Assembly (NCBI GenBank): GCA_027023425.1
Contig: JALVVL010000007.1
Span: forward strand, 89,205-153,204
DNA length: 64,000 nt
Direction: 5' to 3'
Source: Anaerolineales bacterium
GTDB lineage: Bacteria; Chloroflexota; Anaerolineae; Anaerolineales; DRMV01
Position numbers and translations under genes: made by a program. The stretch's first letter is position 1. Every line of letters begins with the position of its first letter. The notes beneath the pieces were generated by a model. It was not told the origin of the DNA, ran no database searches, and saw nothing but the letters and a program-made list of their open reading frames with translations. Positions 33,094-43,389 of the stretch are shown here, one piece after another.

Positions 33094-34211
33094 ATGCGGT
33101 TTTGGGCGGCCTTTCTGAGACGGTGGAAGCCCATCCGCCGCCAGAGGGCGAGCACGCGCGGCGCGGCTTGTGCGTAAAGCCAGTAGGCGGCGCGGTTTGC
33201 GGGGAAATCCCATGCGCCGATGGTGCGCACCACCTCCGCGCCAAAGCCGCGCTTGAACCGGTATACGCCCCACATGGGCGCGTCGGGCGAAAATTCATCG
33301 GGCGCGCCCCAAAAGTCGTAAATTTTGCATCCTAAAGCGCGGGCGCGGCGGATGGCTTCCCACTGGAGCAGGTAAGTCGGCATCAGGTTGCGGTGCTCGC
33401 CGGTGGACATGCCGTAAAAGTAGTAAGCCCGTTCTGCAAAGTGGAACATCACCAGCGCGGCGACAGGTTTTCCTTCCACCTCGGCGATGAAGAAATCGGC
33501 TAAGCCCGCGTCGGCGAGCCTTCCCCAAACGCGCAGGTAGTATTCGCGCGGGCGGATGATGAAGCCGTCGCGCGCGGCGGTAACGGCGTACATGCGGTAG
33601 AGCAGGTCGTAATCTGCAGGGCTACCCATCCGCACGCGCACGCCCTTGCGCGCTGCTAAACGGATGTTGTAGCGCGTTTTTTGCTTCATCCGCCGCAGGA
33701 TTTCGTCTTCGTCGGGGGTGAGGTCAAGCCAAAGGGTGTTGCGAAATTGGACTTGGGAGTTGGAAAAGCGCCAGCCGAGCGACTCCAGCGTTTCGCGGAG
33801 GGCTTTGCCGGTGGGGTTGGGGCGCTCATCTTCGGAATTTGGCTCGCCGTAGGCGAGCACCACGTCGGGGTCAATTTTGATTGAAACCGCGCCGCGCCGC
33901 CGCGCAAATTGCTCCAAATCTTCCAAAACGCGCAAGCGCAGCTCGGTGTCCGCCCAATTCAAAAGCGGGGCTTTGGGGGCGTAAAGCAGGCGCAAAAAGC
34001 CCACCTTTCGCTCCAGAACCAGCGCCAGCGCCGCGGTTTTGCCCGCTTGCTCCCAGCGGAGGTAGTGCGGCCTCCAGCCGTATTCGGCCTTTAGCGCCGC
34101 CCAGTGGGTTGTCTGGAGCAGGTGTGCCGCCGGTAGCGAGGCGGCCGCTTCATCCCAGTCTGCCGGTGGGGCGGGGGAGATGCTCAGGGTAATCTCGGAG
34201 CCGCTTGCCAT
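33081..34211 (-). CDS. FemAB-family peptidyltransferase (peptidoglycan interpeptide bridge formation type)
   Basis: HLLQT..WA..K...GW.P......, KTRYNIR.A.K.GV.V and the tandem acyl-CoA-NAT-like halves are typical of FemABX/lipid II aminoacyl transferases. The last codons (I)STD plus TGA lie in a repeat module. Confidence 0.75.
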   Translation of the reverse strand: MASGSEITLSISPAPPADWDEAAASLPAAHLLQTTHWAALKAEYGWRPHYLRWEQAGKTAALALVLERKVGFLRLLYAPKAPLLNWADTELRLRVLEDLEQFARRRGAVSIKIDPDVVLAYGEPNSEDERPNPTGKALRETLESLGWRFSNSQVQFRNTLWLDLTPDEDEILRRMKQKTRYNIRLAARKGVRVRMGSPADYDLLYRMYAVTAARDGFIIRPREYYLRVWGRLADAGLADFFIAEVEGKPVAALVMFHFAERAYYFYGMSTGEHRNLMPTYLLQWEAIRRARALGCKIYDFWGAPDEFSPDAPMWGVYRFKRGFGAEVVRTIGAWDFPANRAAYWLYAQAAPRVLALWRRMGFHRLRKAAQNRISTD

Positions 34212-34212
34212 G

Positions 34213-34755
34213 CTACTTTCCCGTGCGGCGCTGTTGCCATGCGCGGATTAGGACGTCGTGCGCGCCGCCTGCGAGTTCGGCTGGGATTTCATCGGGCGCG
34301 AAAAAGCGGAGTTCGGCGGTTTCGTCGCCGGTGCGCAGTTCGCCGCCGACCACTTCGGCGCGGTAGAGCAGGAGCAGGCCATTGCCGCGCGGGTCATCGT
34401 TGAAGAAGCGCGCGTCCACAATTCCCAAAATGCGCACCTCAAGCCCCGTTTCCTCCTTGGCTTCGCGAGCCGCGGCGTGCTCGGGCGGTTCGTCAATTTC
34501 TACATAGCCGGCGGGCAGATTCCAAGCGCCTTTCCAAGGGTTGTGCGCCCGCCTCACAAGCAAAATTTTCCCGTCCTGCTCAATCAGCACGCCAGCGCCG
34601 ACTTTGAGGTGCGGGTAGTGAACCCAGCCGCAGTTTGGGCAAACCATCCGTTCGCGCCCTTCGGAGGCAATGAAGCGGCGTTCCATTGCCGCACCGCAGC
34701 GGATGCAGTAACGCGCGGCAGTCGGTTCGTGCATGTTTTTGATGCTGATTTCCAC
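34213..34755 (-). CDS. NUDIX hydrolase with N-terminal C4 zinc ribbon
   Basis: CIRCG...14 aa...CPNCG, then the Nudix box GAWNLPAGYVEIDEPPEHAAAREAKEETGL. Start proposed at the GTG at 34755 (AAGGAG 6 nt upstream). The ATG at 34734 is an alternative. The long ORF-track N-terminus overlaps the DHH gene. Confidence 0.8.
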   Translation of the reverse strand: MEISIKNMHEPTAARYCIRCGAAMERRFIASEGRERMVCPNCGWVHYPHLKVGAGVLIEQDGKILLVRRAHNPWKGAWNLPAGYVEIDEPPEHAAAREAKEETGLEVRILGIVDARFFNDDPRGNGLLLLYRAEVVGGELRTGDETAELRFFAPDEIPAELAGGAHDVLIRAWQQRRTGK

Positions 34756-34808
34756 GCCGTTCTCCTTCACACCGGCGGATTGCGAGTTGCCCAAGTTTTT
34801 GATTGCTC

Positions 34809-35714
34809 TCAGCCTTGCTTGTTTTTGAACTTTTCGGCTTCCTCGGGCTGCCATTCCCACGAAGAGCCGGGTGGGAAGGGGGTTTCGCCGCGCGGGAAGC
34901 CGAAGCCCGCCGCCCCGGGGTGCCCGCCGCCGCCAAAACGCCGCGCAATCTCCGAGGCGTCCACGCGGTCGGAATACAGCGTTACGAAGGTGTAAAGTTG
35001 GCCGTTGTGCCACGCGTCAAAGTAGCAATAGCCCAATTCGTAGCCCAAACTGCGGATGTAAGCGCCGGTTTCGCCTGTGCCGCGCACGTTTACCGCCAAG
35101 GTGCGGTGTCCCTCAAACGTCACGGGGAAGGCTTTGCTATCAACCGTGTGGCGGACGCGCTGCTGCATTTCCGAATAGAGGATGCGCCCGCGCTCCAACA
35201 TCCGCTCCAGCGCCTCGGGGTCGTCGTCCAGCAATGGTTGCCAGAAGTCATCGTTGCAGGGGGAATTGTCAGGCTCGGCATAAAAGGCGGAGTTGAAAAT
35301 GCCGCTATCGGGCTCGGCGAGCCGCCAGATGTCGCGGTCGCCGATAAGGACGATGGCGCGCGGCACCGGCTTATCGGGGAAGAAGTAGCGCCAAGTGAGC
35401 ACACAGGCGGCTTCGCTCACGTCGCGAATTCCCTTCCAGCCGCGGCGCTCGGCTTCTGCGCCTAACGTTTCTATTGCGGTCTTGTGGTGGTCAATCCAGA
35501 TGAAATCGCGGCCCTCGGCGAGTTTTTCCATCGTTTCCAGCGGCATGGAAAAATCAACCACGACCACGCGCTCGGCGCTTTCTACCATTTCCCAAGGCAC
35601 AGGCTCGCCATAATTCATTTCGTAGCATTCAGTTTCGTTGCCAAAAAAGCGGCGGACGATCGCGGCCGATGCCCGCCCATCGGCGTCGTTGTGGTGTAAA
35701 CAAAGGGTGCTCAA
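34809..35714 (-). CDS. DHH/DHHA1 phosphoesterase (NrnA/Pde2-like nanoRNase, pAp or pApA phosphodiesterase type)
   Basis: Motifs HHNDADG, VVVVDFS, IWIDHH, and DHHA1 GGGGHPGAAGF. 301 aa stand-alone form. Confidence 0.8.
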   Translation of the reverse strand: MSTLCLHHNDADGRASAAIVRRFFGNETECYEMNYGEPVPWEMVESAERVVVVDFSMPLETMEKLAEGRDFIWIDHHKTAIETLGAEAERRGWKGIRDVSEAACVLTWRYFFPDKPVPRAIVLIGDRDIWRLAEPDSGIFNSAFYAEPDNSPCNDDFWQPLLDDDPEALERMLERGRILYSEMQQRVRHTVDSKAFPVTFEGHRTLAVNVRGTGETGAYIRSLGYELGYCYFDAWHNGQLYTFVTLYSDRVDASEIARRFGGGGHPGAAGFGFPRGETPFPPGSSWEWQPEEAEKFKNKQG

Positions 35715-35750
35715 AATGGCCTCCGGTTAGGTGTGGGAATTGAAATTGCA

Positions 35751-36059
35751 TCACATCGTGAAGCGGACACGGAAGGATTTTAGTTCCGGGTCCGGCGGCA
35801 GCCATTCGGCCTCAACTTTGGTGACGTAAGCCATTGCCGGGCCGCGGTGCAGGGCGCTGAGCAGTGTTTCAACCGCGGGGCGCGGACCTTGCGCCATAAC
35901 TTCCACCGAGCCGTTGATGCGGTTGCGCACCCAGCCGCTCAGGCCGAGGCGCGCGGCTTGGTTCATCACAAAGTTGCGGAAGCCCACTCCCTGCACCCTG
36001 CCGCGCACAAAGGCATGCAAACGCACGATTTCTTCCTCATTCCCTTGCGTTTCACCCAT
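35751..36059 (-). CDS. acyP: Acylphosphatase
   Basis: V.G.VQGVGFR......A..LGL.GWV.N...GSVE....G motif. Start set at the ATG at 36059 (102 aa). Confidence 0.85.
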   Translation of the reverse strand: MGETQGNEEEIVRLHAFVRGRVQGVGFRNFVMNQAARLGLSGWVRNRINGSVEVMAQGPRPAVETLLSALHRGPAMAYVTKVEAEWLPPDPELKSFRVRFTM

Positions 36060-36338
36060 GATGCGCCTCCACGAACAGTTTGCAAGAGCAAGTATATCGC
36101 GTTCTGCCGATGGATGCTTGTCGGTGGGGTGCCAAGTGTTCAATTTGTCCGTCATGCCCAAGATTTACCGGCGGGGAAACGGTGCATTCCACAATGCCCG
36201 TTCGCTCCCGCAAGTCTGCCACAAAGCGAATTCGGCGCGTTTTCTGGTATCATTAGGCGGCATCCCCTGCTCAAGGGTGGAAAGAGCGCTCGGCATCTCC
36301 CCGTGCAGGTGATAAGATGGCTGTGTGGGAGGTGCGAT

Positions 36339-37574
36339 TTGGCCGAAAAACTGCGCATCGGGGTTGTTGCGCGCCGCTGGCGGCAAGATCCGTCTGGTTC
36401 TTATGCGCGCAACGTTCTCAACCGGCTTCCCGATGCCGAATACGTGCCCGTGGGCGACTTGTTTTCAAGCCTTGTCGCGTTCAACATGCGCGCCAATGCC
36501 CTCCTCCACAGGTTAACCGGCCGCAGTTGGCTCTCGCATTTCAACTTGAACAACCAGTTTTACCGTTTGCGCGCCCCCGCGGTGGACGTGTTGCATTTGT
36601 TCAACGGGGTGAGTTACAACACCGTGCCGTGGGTAACGTCATTTGAAACGGCAGTGCCCCGCTTTACCGAGGTGATGGAAGGGCTAAAGCGGCAAAAGCC
36701 GCAATTTAGCCCGTTGCAAAAATGGCGGTTTGAACTGGCGGCGCGCGCCATGGCTTCCGAAAGTTGTCTCGCCATAATCCCAATTTCGGAAAATGCGGCC
36801 CGCGCCCAGCGATTGGTGCTCGGTTGGATGCCGCCCAAATACGCAACCGCCATAGCGGCGAAAATCACGGTTTTGCACCCACCGCAAGCACCGATAATAA
36901 AATCGTTTGCCGAAAAAGAAGCCCTGCCCTTACGCCCCCTGCATTTTATGTTCGTCGGGCACGATTTTTTCCGCAAGGGCGGGTTAGAAATGCTGAAGGC
37001 CTTTATCCAAGTACGCAAACATTCCCAAATCCCCCTCCGGCTCACAATTGTCAGTGCATTGCAAATCCGCGACTATGCGACCCGCGCGGGCGAAAAGGAA
37101 CTTGCCGAAGCGCGGCGGCTCATAAGCGCCAACTCCGAGTGGATTACCCACTACCCTTCCTTGCCGCACGCCGAGGTGCTTGCCCTTATGAAGCAAGCGC
37201 ACGTAGGGTTGCTGCCCACTTACGCCGATTCATACGGCTACGCTGTGTTAGAATTTCAAGCGGCAGGATGCCCGGTGATAACAACCGAAATGGGTGCATT
37301 GGCCGAGGTCAATTCGGAAGAACGGGGGTGGCTCATAAAAGTCCCCCGCGACCACATCGGCCGCGCACCTTACTACACGCCCGAGGGCCGCGCAGCCATA
37401 AGCAAAGCCATCAGAAACGGCGTTGCCGCGGCAATTGATGAAATTTTGCAAAATCCCGAAATGGTTAGGCAAAAGGGCAAAGCGGCCTTAGACTACATTC
37501 GCCAAAACCACGACCCGATGAGGCACGCTAACACCCTGCGAGAAATCTATGCACAGCGCGCAAACGTGCGGTAA
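36339..37574 (+). CDS. Glycosyltransferase, GT-B fold (family 1/4-like)
   Basis: C-terminal donor-binding pattern F.FVG......KG...L..A........L.IV and DSYGYAVLEFQAAGCPVITTEMGALAEV (E-x7-E-like). Start proposed at the TTG at 36339 (GGGAGG 6 nt upstream, protein begins ..KLRIGVVA). The ORF-track start at 35847 overlaps acyP antisense. Confidence 0.7.
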   Translation: MAEKLRIGVVARRWRQDPSGSYARNVLNRLPDAEYVPVGDLFSSLVAFNMRANALLHRLTGRSWLSHFNLNNQFYRLRAPAVDVLHLFNGVSYNTVPWVTSFETAVPRFTEVMEGLKRQKPQFSPLQKWRFELAARAMASESCLAIIPISENAARAQRLVLGWMPPKYATAIAAKITVLHPPQAPIIKSFAEKEALPLRPLHFMFVGHDFFRKGGLEMLKAFIQVRKHSQIPLRLTIVSALQIRDYATRAGEKELAEARRLISANSEWITHYPSLPHAEVLALMKQAHVGLLPTYADSYGYAVLEFQAAGCPVITTEMGALAEVNSEERGWLIKVPRDHIGRAPYYTPEGRAAISKAIRNGVAAAIDEILQNPEMVRQKGKAALDYIRQNHDPMRHANTLREIYAQRANVR

Positions 37575-37613
37575 CCGCGTTTGTGCTCATCAAATTTGCT
37601 CAAGGTGCGTTTT

Positions 37614-38801
37614 ATGCAACAAACTCTCATACTTCCACACGGCGGGGTGCTGGTGAATCGCACCCTGCGGGGTTCGTTGCGCGAGGCGGCGCGCAAAGCC
37701 GCCGCTTCTTTGCCCTGTATTCCCTTATCGCGGATGAACCTTGCTGACTTAGAAATGATAGCCGTTGGCGCATACAGCCCGCTAACAGGCTTTATGCGCC
37801 GCGCCGATTACGAGCGCGTTATAGCCGAAATGCGTCTTGCAAACGGGCTTGTGTGGTCGGTGCCGGTAACTTTGGCCGTTTCGGAGCAACAAGCCCAATC
37901 CCTAAAAGAGGGGGATGAGATTGCCCTTTGCGAAGGCAACCGCCCCCTCGCCATTATGAAAGTTGACGAAATTTACCCCTACGACAAGCGCCGCGAAGCG
38001 AGGGAGGTCTACCGTACGACAGAGGAAGCGCATCCCGGGGTGGCGCGCATCTATGCCCAAGGCGAGTTTCTGCTGGGCGGCGATTTTTGGCTTTTTGACC
38101 TGCCGAGTGCCGCTAAAAACGAATTTCCCGAAATACGCTACACCCCCGCCCAAACCAGAAAAATCTTTGCTGAGCGCGGCTGGAAGCGCATAGTGGGCTT
38201 CCAAACCCGAAACCCAATCCATCGCGCCCACGAGTACATCCAAAAAACGGCGCTGGAAATTGTGGATGGGCTTTTTCTGCACCCGCTTGTGGGCGAAACC
38301 AAAAAGGATGATATTCCCGCCGAGGTGCGGATAGCCAGTTACCGCACTGTGATTGAGGCTTACTACCCCAAAGACCGAGTTGTGCTGGGCGTTTTTCCGG
38401 CGGCAATGCGGTATGCGGGGCCGCGCGAAGCCATAATGCATGCCCTCGCACGCAAAAACTACGGTTGCTCCCATTTCATTGTGGGTCGCGACCACGCTGG
38501 AGTCGGCAATTACTACGGCACTTACGACGCCCAACGCATTTTTGACGAATTCCCGCCCGAAGATATTGGCATCACCCCTTTGTTCTTTGAGCACGCCTTT
38601 TACTGCCGAAAATGCGGCACGGTGGTGACCGCCAAAACCTGCCCGCACGGCAAAGAGGACTGGGTTTACCTCTCTGGCACGCAAGTGCGTGCAATGCTGA
38701 ACCGCGGCGAACCCCTGCCTCCCGAATTCACCCGCCCTGAGGTGAGCCGCGTGCTCATTGAGGGCCTGCGAAAATGGCAAGAACAACATCCCGACCAATA
38801 A
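37614..38801 (+). CDS. sat: Sulfate adenylyltransferase (ATP sulfurylase)
   Basis: [17 protein letters not shown] and the PUA-like N-terminus (ILPHGG.LV.R). About 395 aa homo-oligomeric Sat type. Confidence 0.92.
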   Translation: MQQTLILPHGGVLVNRTLRGSLREAARKAAASLPCIPLSRMNLADLEMIAVGAYSPLTGFMRRADYERVIAEMRLANGLVWSVPVTLAVSEQQAQSLKEGDEIALCEGNRPLAIMKVDEIYPYDKRREAREVYRTTEEAHPGVARIYAQGEFLLGGDFWLFDLPSAAKNEFPEIRYTPAQTRKIFAERGWKRIVGFQTRNPIHRAHEYIQKTALEIVDGLFLHPLVGETKKDDIPAEVRIASYRTVIEAYYPKDRVVLGVFPAAMRYAGPREAIMHALARKNYGCSHFIVGRDHAGVGNYYGTYDAQRIFDEFPPEDIGITPLFFEHAFYCRKCGTVVTAKTCPHGKEDWVYLSGTQVRAMLNRGEPLPPEFTRPEVSRVLIEGLRKWQEQHPDQ

Positions 38802-38823
38802 CCCCAACGCGGAGGCTGCCAAC

Positions 38824-39378
38824 ATGGAACACCCGGGATTTACAGTATGGCTCACCGGCCTGTCGGGGGCAGGCAAGTCCACCATAGCCCAAGCGCTTGG
38901 CAAAGAGTTGCGCTCTCGGGGGATGAAAGTTGAAGTGCTGGACGGCGATGTAATCCGGCAAAACTTGAGCAAAGGTTTGGGCTTCAGCAAAGAAGACCGC
39001 GACACAAACGTGCTCCGTGTGGGCTGGGTGGCCGAAATTTTGAGCCGAAACGGCGTGGCCGTTGTGTGTGCCCTCATTTCTCCCTACCGTGAGACGCGAC
39101 AAAAGGTGCGCGAGCGCATCCCTAATTTCGTGGAAGTGTTCGTAAATGCCCCGCTGGAGGAAGTGATCCGGCGCGACCCCAAAGGCCTGTACAAAAAGGC
39201 TTTGGCAGGCGAAATCCAAAACTTCACCGGCATCTCCGACCCATACGAACCGCCGGAAAACCCCGAAGTGGTGTGCAACACTGCCGAAGAAGAAGTAGAA
39301 GAAAGCGTGCAAAAGGTCGTCAGTTATTTGGAAAGCCGCGGCTGGCTTTTGCCCAAGCAAGATAAATCTGAAGAGTAA
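38824..39378 (+). CDS. cysC: Adenylyl-sulfate (APS) kinase
   Basis: P-loop [17 protein letters not shown]...LGFS..DR..N..R. GGAGG upstream of the ATG at 38824. Confidence 0.92.
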   Translation: MEHPGFTVWLTGLSGAGKSTIAQALGKELRSRGMKVEVLDGDVIRQNLSKGLGFSKEDRDTNVLRVGWVAEILSRNGVAVVCALISPYRETRQKVRERIPNFVEVFVNAPLEEVIRRDPKGLYKKALAGEIQNFTGISDPYEPPENPEVVCNTAEEEVEESVQKVVSYLESRGWLLPKQDKSEE

Positions 39379-39420
39379 AGCCGCAATTTACAGATTTGCT
39401 GACTGACCAACAAAGGTTTA

Positions 39421-39570
39421 GGAGTTACGCAGTTCTCCTCCCTCATGTCGCCGCGAGGTGGTCGTAGACCGCCGAAGCGGTCTCCCCCATCATCTGGGGG
39501 ATGGCTTCGCCGCCTATGGCGGCTCGCCACGACATGAGAGCAAGCGCTTCTACGAGCAACTGCGTAAGTC
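39421..39570. repeat. Family C palindromic element, full copy
   Basis: GGAGTTACGCAGTT...CATGTCGCCGCGAGG..GTCGTAGACCGCCGAAGCGGTCTCCCCCA..TGGGGGATGGCTTCGCCGCCTATGGCGGCTCGCCACGACATG...GCAACTGCGTAAGTCC. Terminal inverted repeat TTACGCAGTT / AACTGCGTAA. The two arms are imperfectly complementary and each holds its own small hairpin. Confidence 0.85.
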
Positions 39571-39834
39571 CCAAGGCTGTAACTGCCTACCCGCTTCGTA
39601 AGCGAGGGTAAATTCTTTGGTGCGGTGTGAACAGAAGTCCACGCAGGTGGACTTCACAACTTGTGCCCGTGACTTTAGTCGCTGGATGCAAGCAACGGCA
39701 GTTGAAACTGCACCCACCACCTGCGAAGTCGTCCTACGGCGATTTTTGGGAAAAGCAAGCCTCAAAATGGCACATTTCACCCGCACTCGCGTAGGTAATT
39801 ACCAACAATTCCACTTGTCCCAGAGGTCCCCGGC

Positions 39835-40659
39835 ATGAGCAACAACCCTTTCGCAAAATTTGATTTGAGCGGGCGCGTGGCCGTAGTTACCGGCGGAGCG
39901 GGCTTGCTCGGCGAAGAATTTTGCCGAACTTTAGCCGCTGCAGGAGCCAAAGTGGCGGTATTAGACCTAAACCACGAAGGCGCAAAGCGGGTTGCAGGCG
40001 CAATTGCCCGCGAAGGCGGCGAAGCGCAACCCTACGGGCTGGACATCACTGATCAAGACGCCGCCCGCGCCGCCGTTGAGCGCATCCGTTCCCAATGGGG
40101 GCGGATTGATGTGCTGGTCAACAGCGCCGCCTTAGACCCCAAAGTCAGCGCCGAGGGCAAAGTGCGCTCTTCGGGGGCGTTTGAGGATTTTCCGCTGGAA
40201 ACGTGGCAAAAAGCGCTCAACGTCAACCTCACAGGCATGTTCATCATCACTCAGGCGGTGGCGCGGGTGATGAAAACGCAAAACAAAGGTAGCATCATCA
40301 ACATCTGCTCCACCTACGGCCTTGTGGGGCCAGACCAGCGCATCTACCAGCGGGAAGGGCAACCGCCGCAATACAAACCGGTCTATTACACCGTGACCAA
40401 AGCGGCCGTGCTGGGGTTTACCCGCTATCTTGCTACTTACTACGCCGGAACCAAGATCCGCGTCAACGCCCTGACCCCGGGTGGGGTTTACAACAACCAA
40501 GACGATGAATTCGTGCGCGCCTACAGCGCTCGCACCGTTTTAGGCCGCATGGCGCGCAAAGACGAACTGGACGGCGCCATCCTTTTCCTCGCTTCGGACG
40601 CTTCCTCCTACATGACGGGCGCGAACCTGATTGTAGACGGCGGCTGGACGGCATGGTGA
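39835..40659 (+). CDS. Classical short-chain dehydrogenase/reductase (SDR)
   Basis: TGGAGLLG cofactor motif, NSAA, catalytic Y..TK (YYTVTKAA). Immediately upstream of the cytidylyltransferase fusion gene. Confidence 0.8.
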   Translation: MSNNPFAKFDLSGRVAVVTGGAGLLGEEFCRTLAAAGAKVAVLDLNHEGAKRVAGAIAREGGEAQPYGLDITDQDAARAAVERIRSQWGRIDVLVNSAALDPKVSAEGKVRSSGAFEDFPLETWQKALNVNLTGMFIITQAVARVMKTQNKGSIINICSTYGLVGPDQRIYQREGQPPQYKPVYYTVTKAAVLGFTRYLATYYAGTKIRVNALTPGGVYNNQDDEFVRAYSARTVLGRMARKDELDGAILFLASDASSYMTGANLIVDGGWTAW

Positions 40660-40660
40660 G

Positions 40661-41887
40661 GTGAAAATGGCCGAAGTTTTAGCAATCATTCCGGCACGGG
40701 GTGGCTCAAAATCAATCCCGCGGAAAAACATCAAGCCCTTTGCCGGGCATCCGCTCATTGCCTACAGCATAGCCGCGGCGCTACAGGCAGAAAAGGTGAG
40801 CCGCGTCATTGTCTCAACCGATGACGCCGAAATAGCGTCGGTGGCCCGCGAATACGGCGCAGAAATACCCTTTCGCCGCCCGGCCGAACTTGCTCAAGAT
40901 TCCACCCCCGACCTGCCAGTCTTCAAACATGCCCTTGCATGGCTTGAAGAGCACGAAAATTACCGCCCTGATTTGGTGGTGCAATTGCGCCCAACCACCC
41001 CCGTGCGCCCGCCGAATTTGATTGATAGCGCGATTGACCTTATGCTGGAGCATCCGGAGGCCGATTCGGTGCGCGGCGTCGTGCCTTCGGGGCAAAACCC
41101 TTACAAAATGTGGCGCATAACCGAAGACGGCCGCCTCGCGCCGCTTTTGGAGCCGCCCAATGGCATCAAAGAGCCTTACAACGCCCCGCGCCAGCAACTC
41201 CCGCCCACCTACTGGCAAACAGGCCACATTGATGTAATCCGCCCGCGCGTCTTTGCCCAAAACAGCATGAGCGGCAAAATAATCCTGCCGGTTGTACTTG
41301 ACCCCATCTACACAGTTGATTTGGATACCCCGTTGGATTGGATGTGGGCGGAATGGCTGGTGCAAAATGTGGAAATCCCAATGGTTTGGCCCGGGCGCAA
41401 ACCGCGCCCCATGCCAGCCCGCATAAAACTGGTGGCGCTGGATTTTGACGGCACGCTAACCGACAACCGTGTTTGGGTGGATGAGCAAGGCCGCGAAGCA
41501 GTCGCGGCAAACCGCGGGGACGGCTTTGGCATTGAAATGCTAAAAGCGGCAGGGATTCAAGTGGTGATAATCTCGCGCGAAACGAACCCTGTGGTTGCCG
41601 CGCGCGCCAAAAAACTCGGCGTGCCGGTGTTCCAACGCGTGGCCGACAAAGCCACGCTAATCCGCTCATTGCTGGCGGAATATCACATTCCACCGGAAGA
41701 GGCCGTTTTTGTCGGCAACGACATCAACGACGTGCCCGCTTTTGCGGAAGTGGGTTGGGCTGTAGTTGTTGGAGATGCCCACCCAGAAGCAAAACGAGCG
41801 GCAGACTGGGTGCTTTCCTCCGCTGGCGGCCACGGCGCGATCCGCGAATTGGCCGATTTGCTACTGAAACGCCTCAAATCGGCCTAA
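40661..41887 (+). CDS. Fusion: acylneuraminate (nonulosonate/ulosonate) cytidylyltransferase + HAD-IIIA KdsC-like sugar-phosphate phosphatase
   Basis: N-terminus AIIPARGGSKSIPRKNIK.FAG.PLIAYSI = CMP-NeuAc synthetase family. C-terminus LVALDFDGTLTDN...D..G...L...GI.V.IIS......V..RA..LG, VGND.ND, GG.GA.RE = KdsC/KDN-9-P phosphatase-like HAD. GTG at 40661 or ATG at 40667 could be the start. Confidence 0.8.
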   Translation: MKMAEVLAIIPARGGSKSIPRKNIKPFAGHPLIAYSIAAALQAEKVSRVIVSTDDAEIASVAREYGAEIPFRRPAELAQDSTPDLPVFKHALAWLEEHENYRPDLVVQLRPTTPVRPPNLIDSAIDLMLEHPEADSVRGVVPSGQNPYKMWRITEDGRLAPLLEPPNGIKEPYNAPRQQLPPTYWQTGHIDVIRPRVFAQNSMSGKIILPVVLDPIYTVDLDTPLDWMWAEWLVQNVEIPMVWPGRKPRPMPARIKLVALDFDGTLTDNRVWVDEQGREAVAANRGDGFGIEMLKAAGIQVVIISRETNPVVAARAKKLGVPVFQRVADKATLIRSLLAEYHIPPEEAVFVGNDINDVPAFAEVGWAVVVGDAHPEAKRAADWVLSSAGGHGAIRELADLLLKRLKSA

Positions 41888-41960
41888 GCGGGGGGTATAA
41901 TACCTTGAAGCGAGCAAACCACTGCTGCCGCTCGCGCGGCGGCAATTCACAGAGAGGTGA

Positions 41961-43256
<1,296 letters not shown>

Positions 43257-43278
43257 GCCGACCAGCACGCTGAACCAA

Positions 43279-43313
43279 CAGGGCGAGAAGGTTTTTCTCG
43301 CCCTGTTTCTCAT
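43279..43313 (+). terminator. Rho-independent terminator of eno
   Basis: Perfect 11-bp stem CAGGGCGAGAA / TTCTCGCCCTG, loop GGTTT, followed by TTTCTCATT. Confidence 0.8.
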
Positions 43314-43324
43314 TAACAACATGG

Positions 43325-43384
43325 AAAACCGCAGATTTCGCAGATTACGCAGAAAATCCGTGAAATCTGCGTAATCTGTGGTTT
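43325..43384. repeat. Family A solitary H-type hairpin between eno and the HAD-like gene
   Basis: AAAACCGCAGATTTCGCAGATTACGCAGA...TGAAATCTGCGTAATCTGTGGTTT. An A-run lies 5' and a T-run 3', so terminator-like on both strands. Confidence 0.75.
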
Positions 43385-43389
43385 CTATC

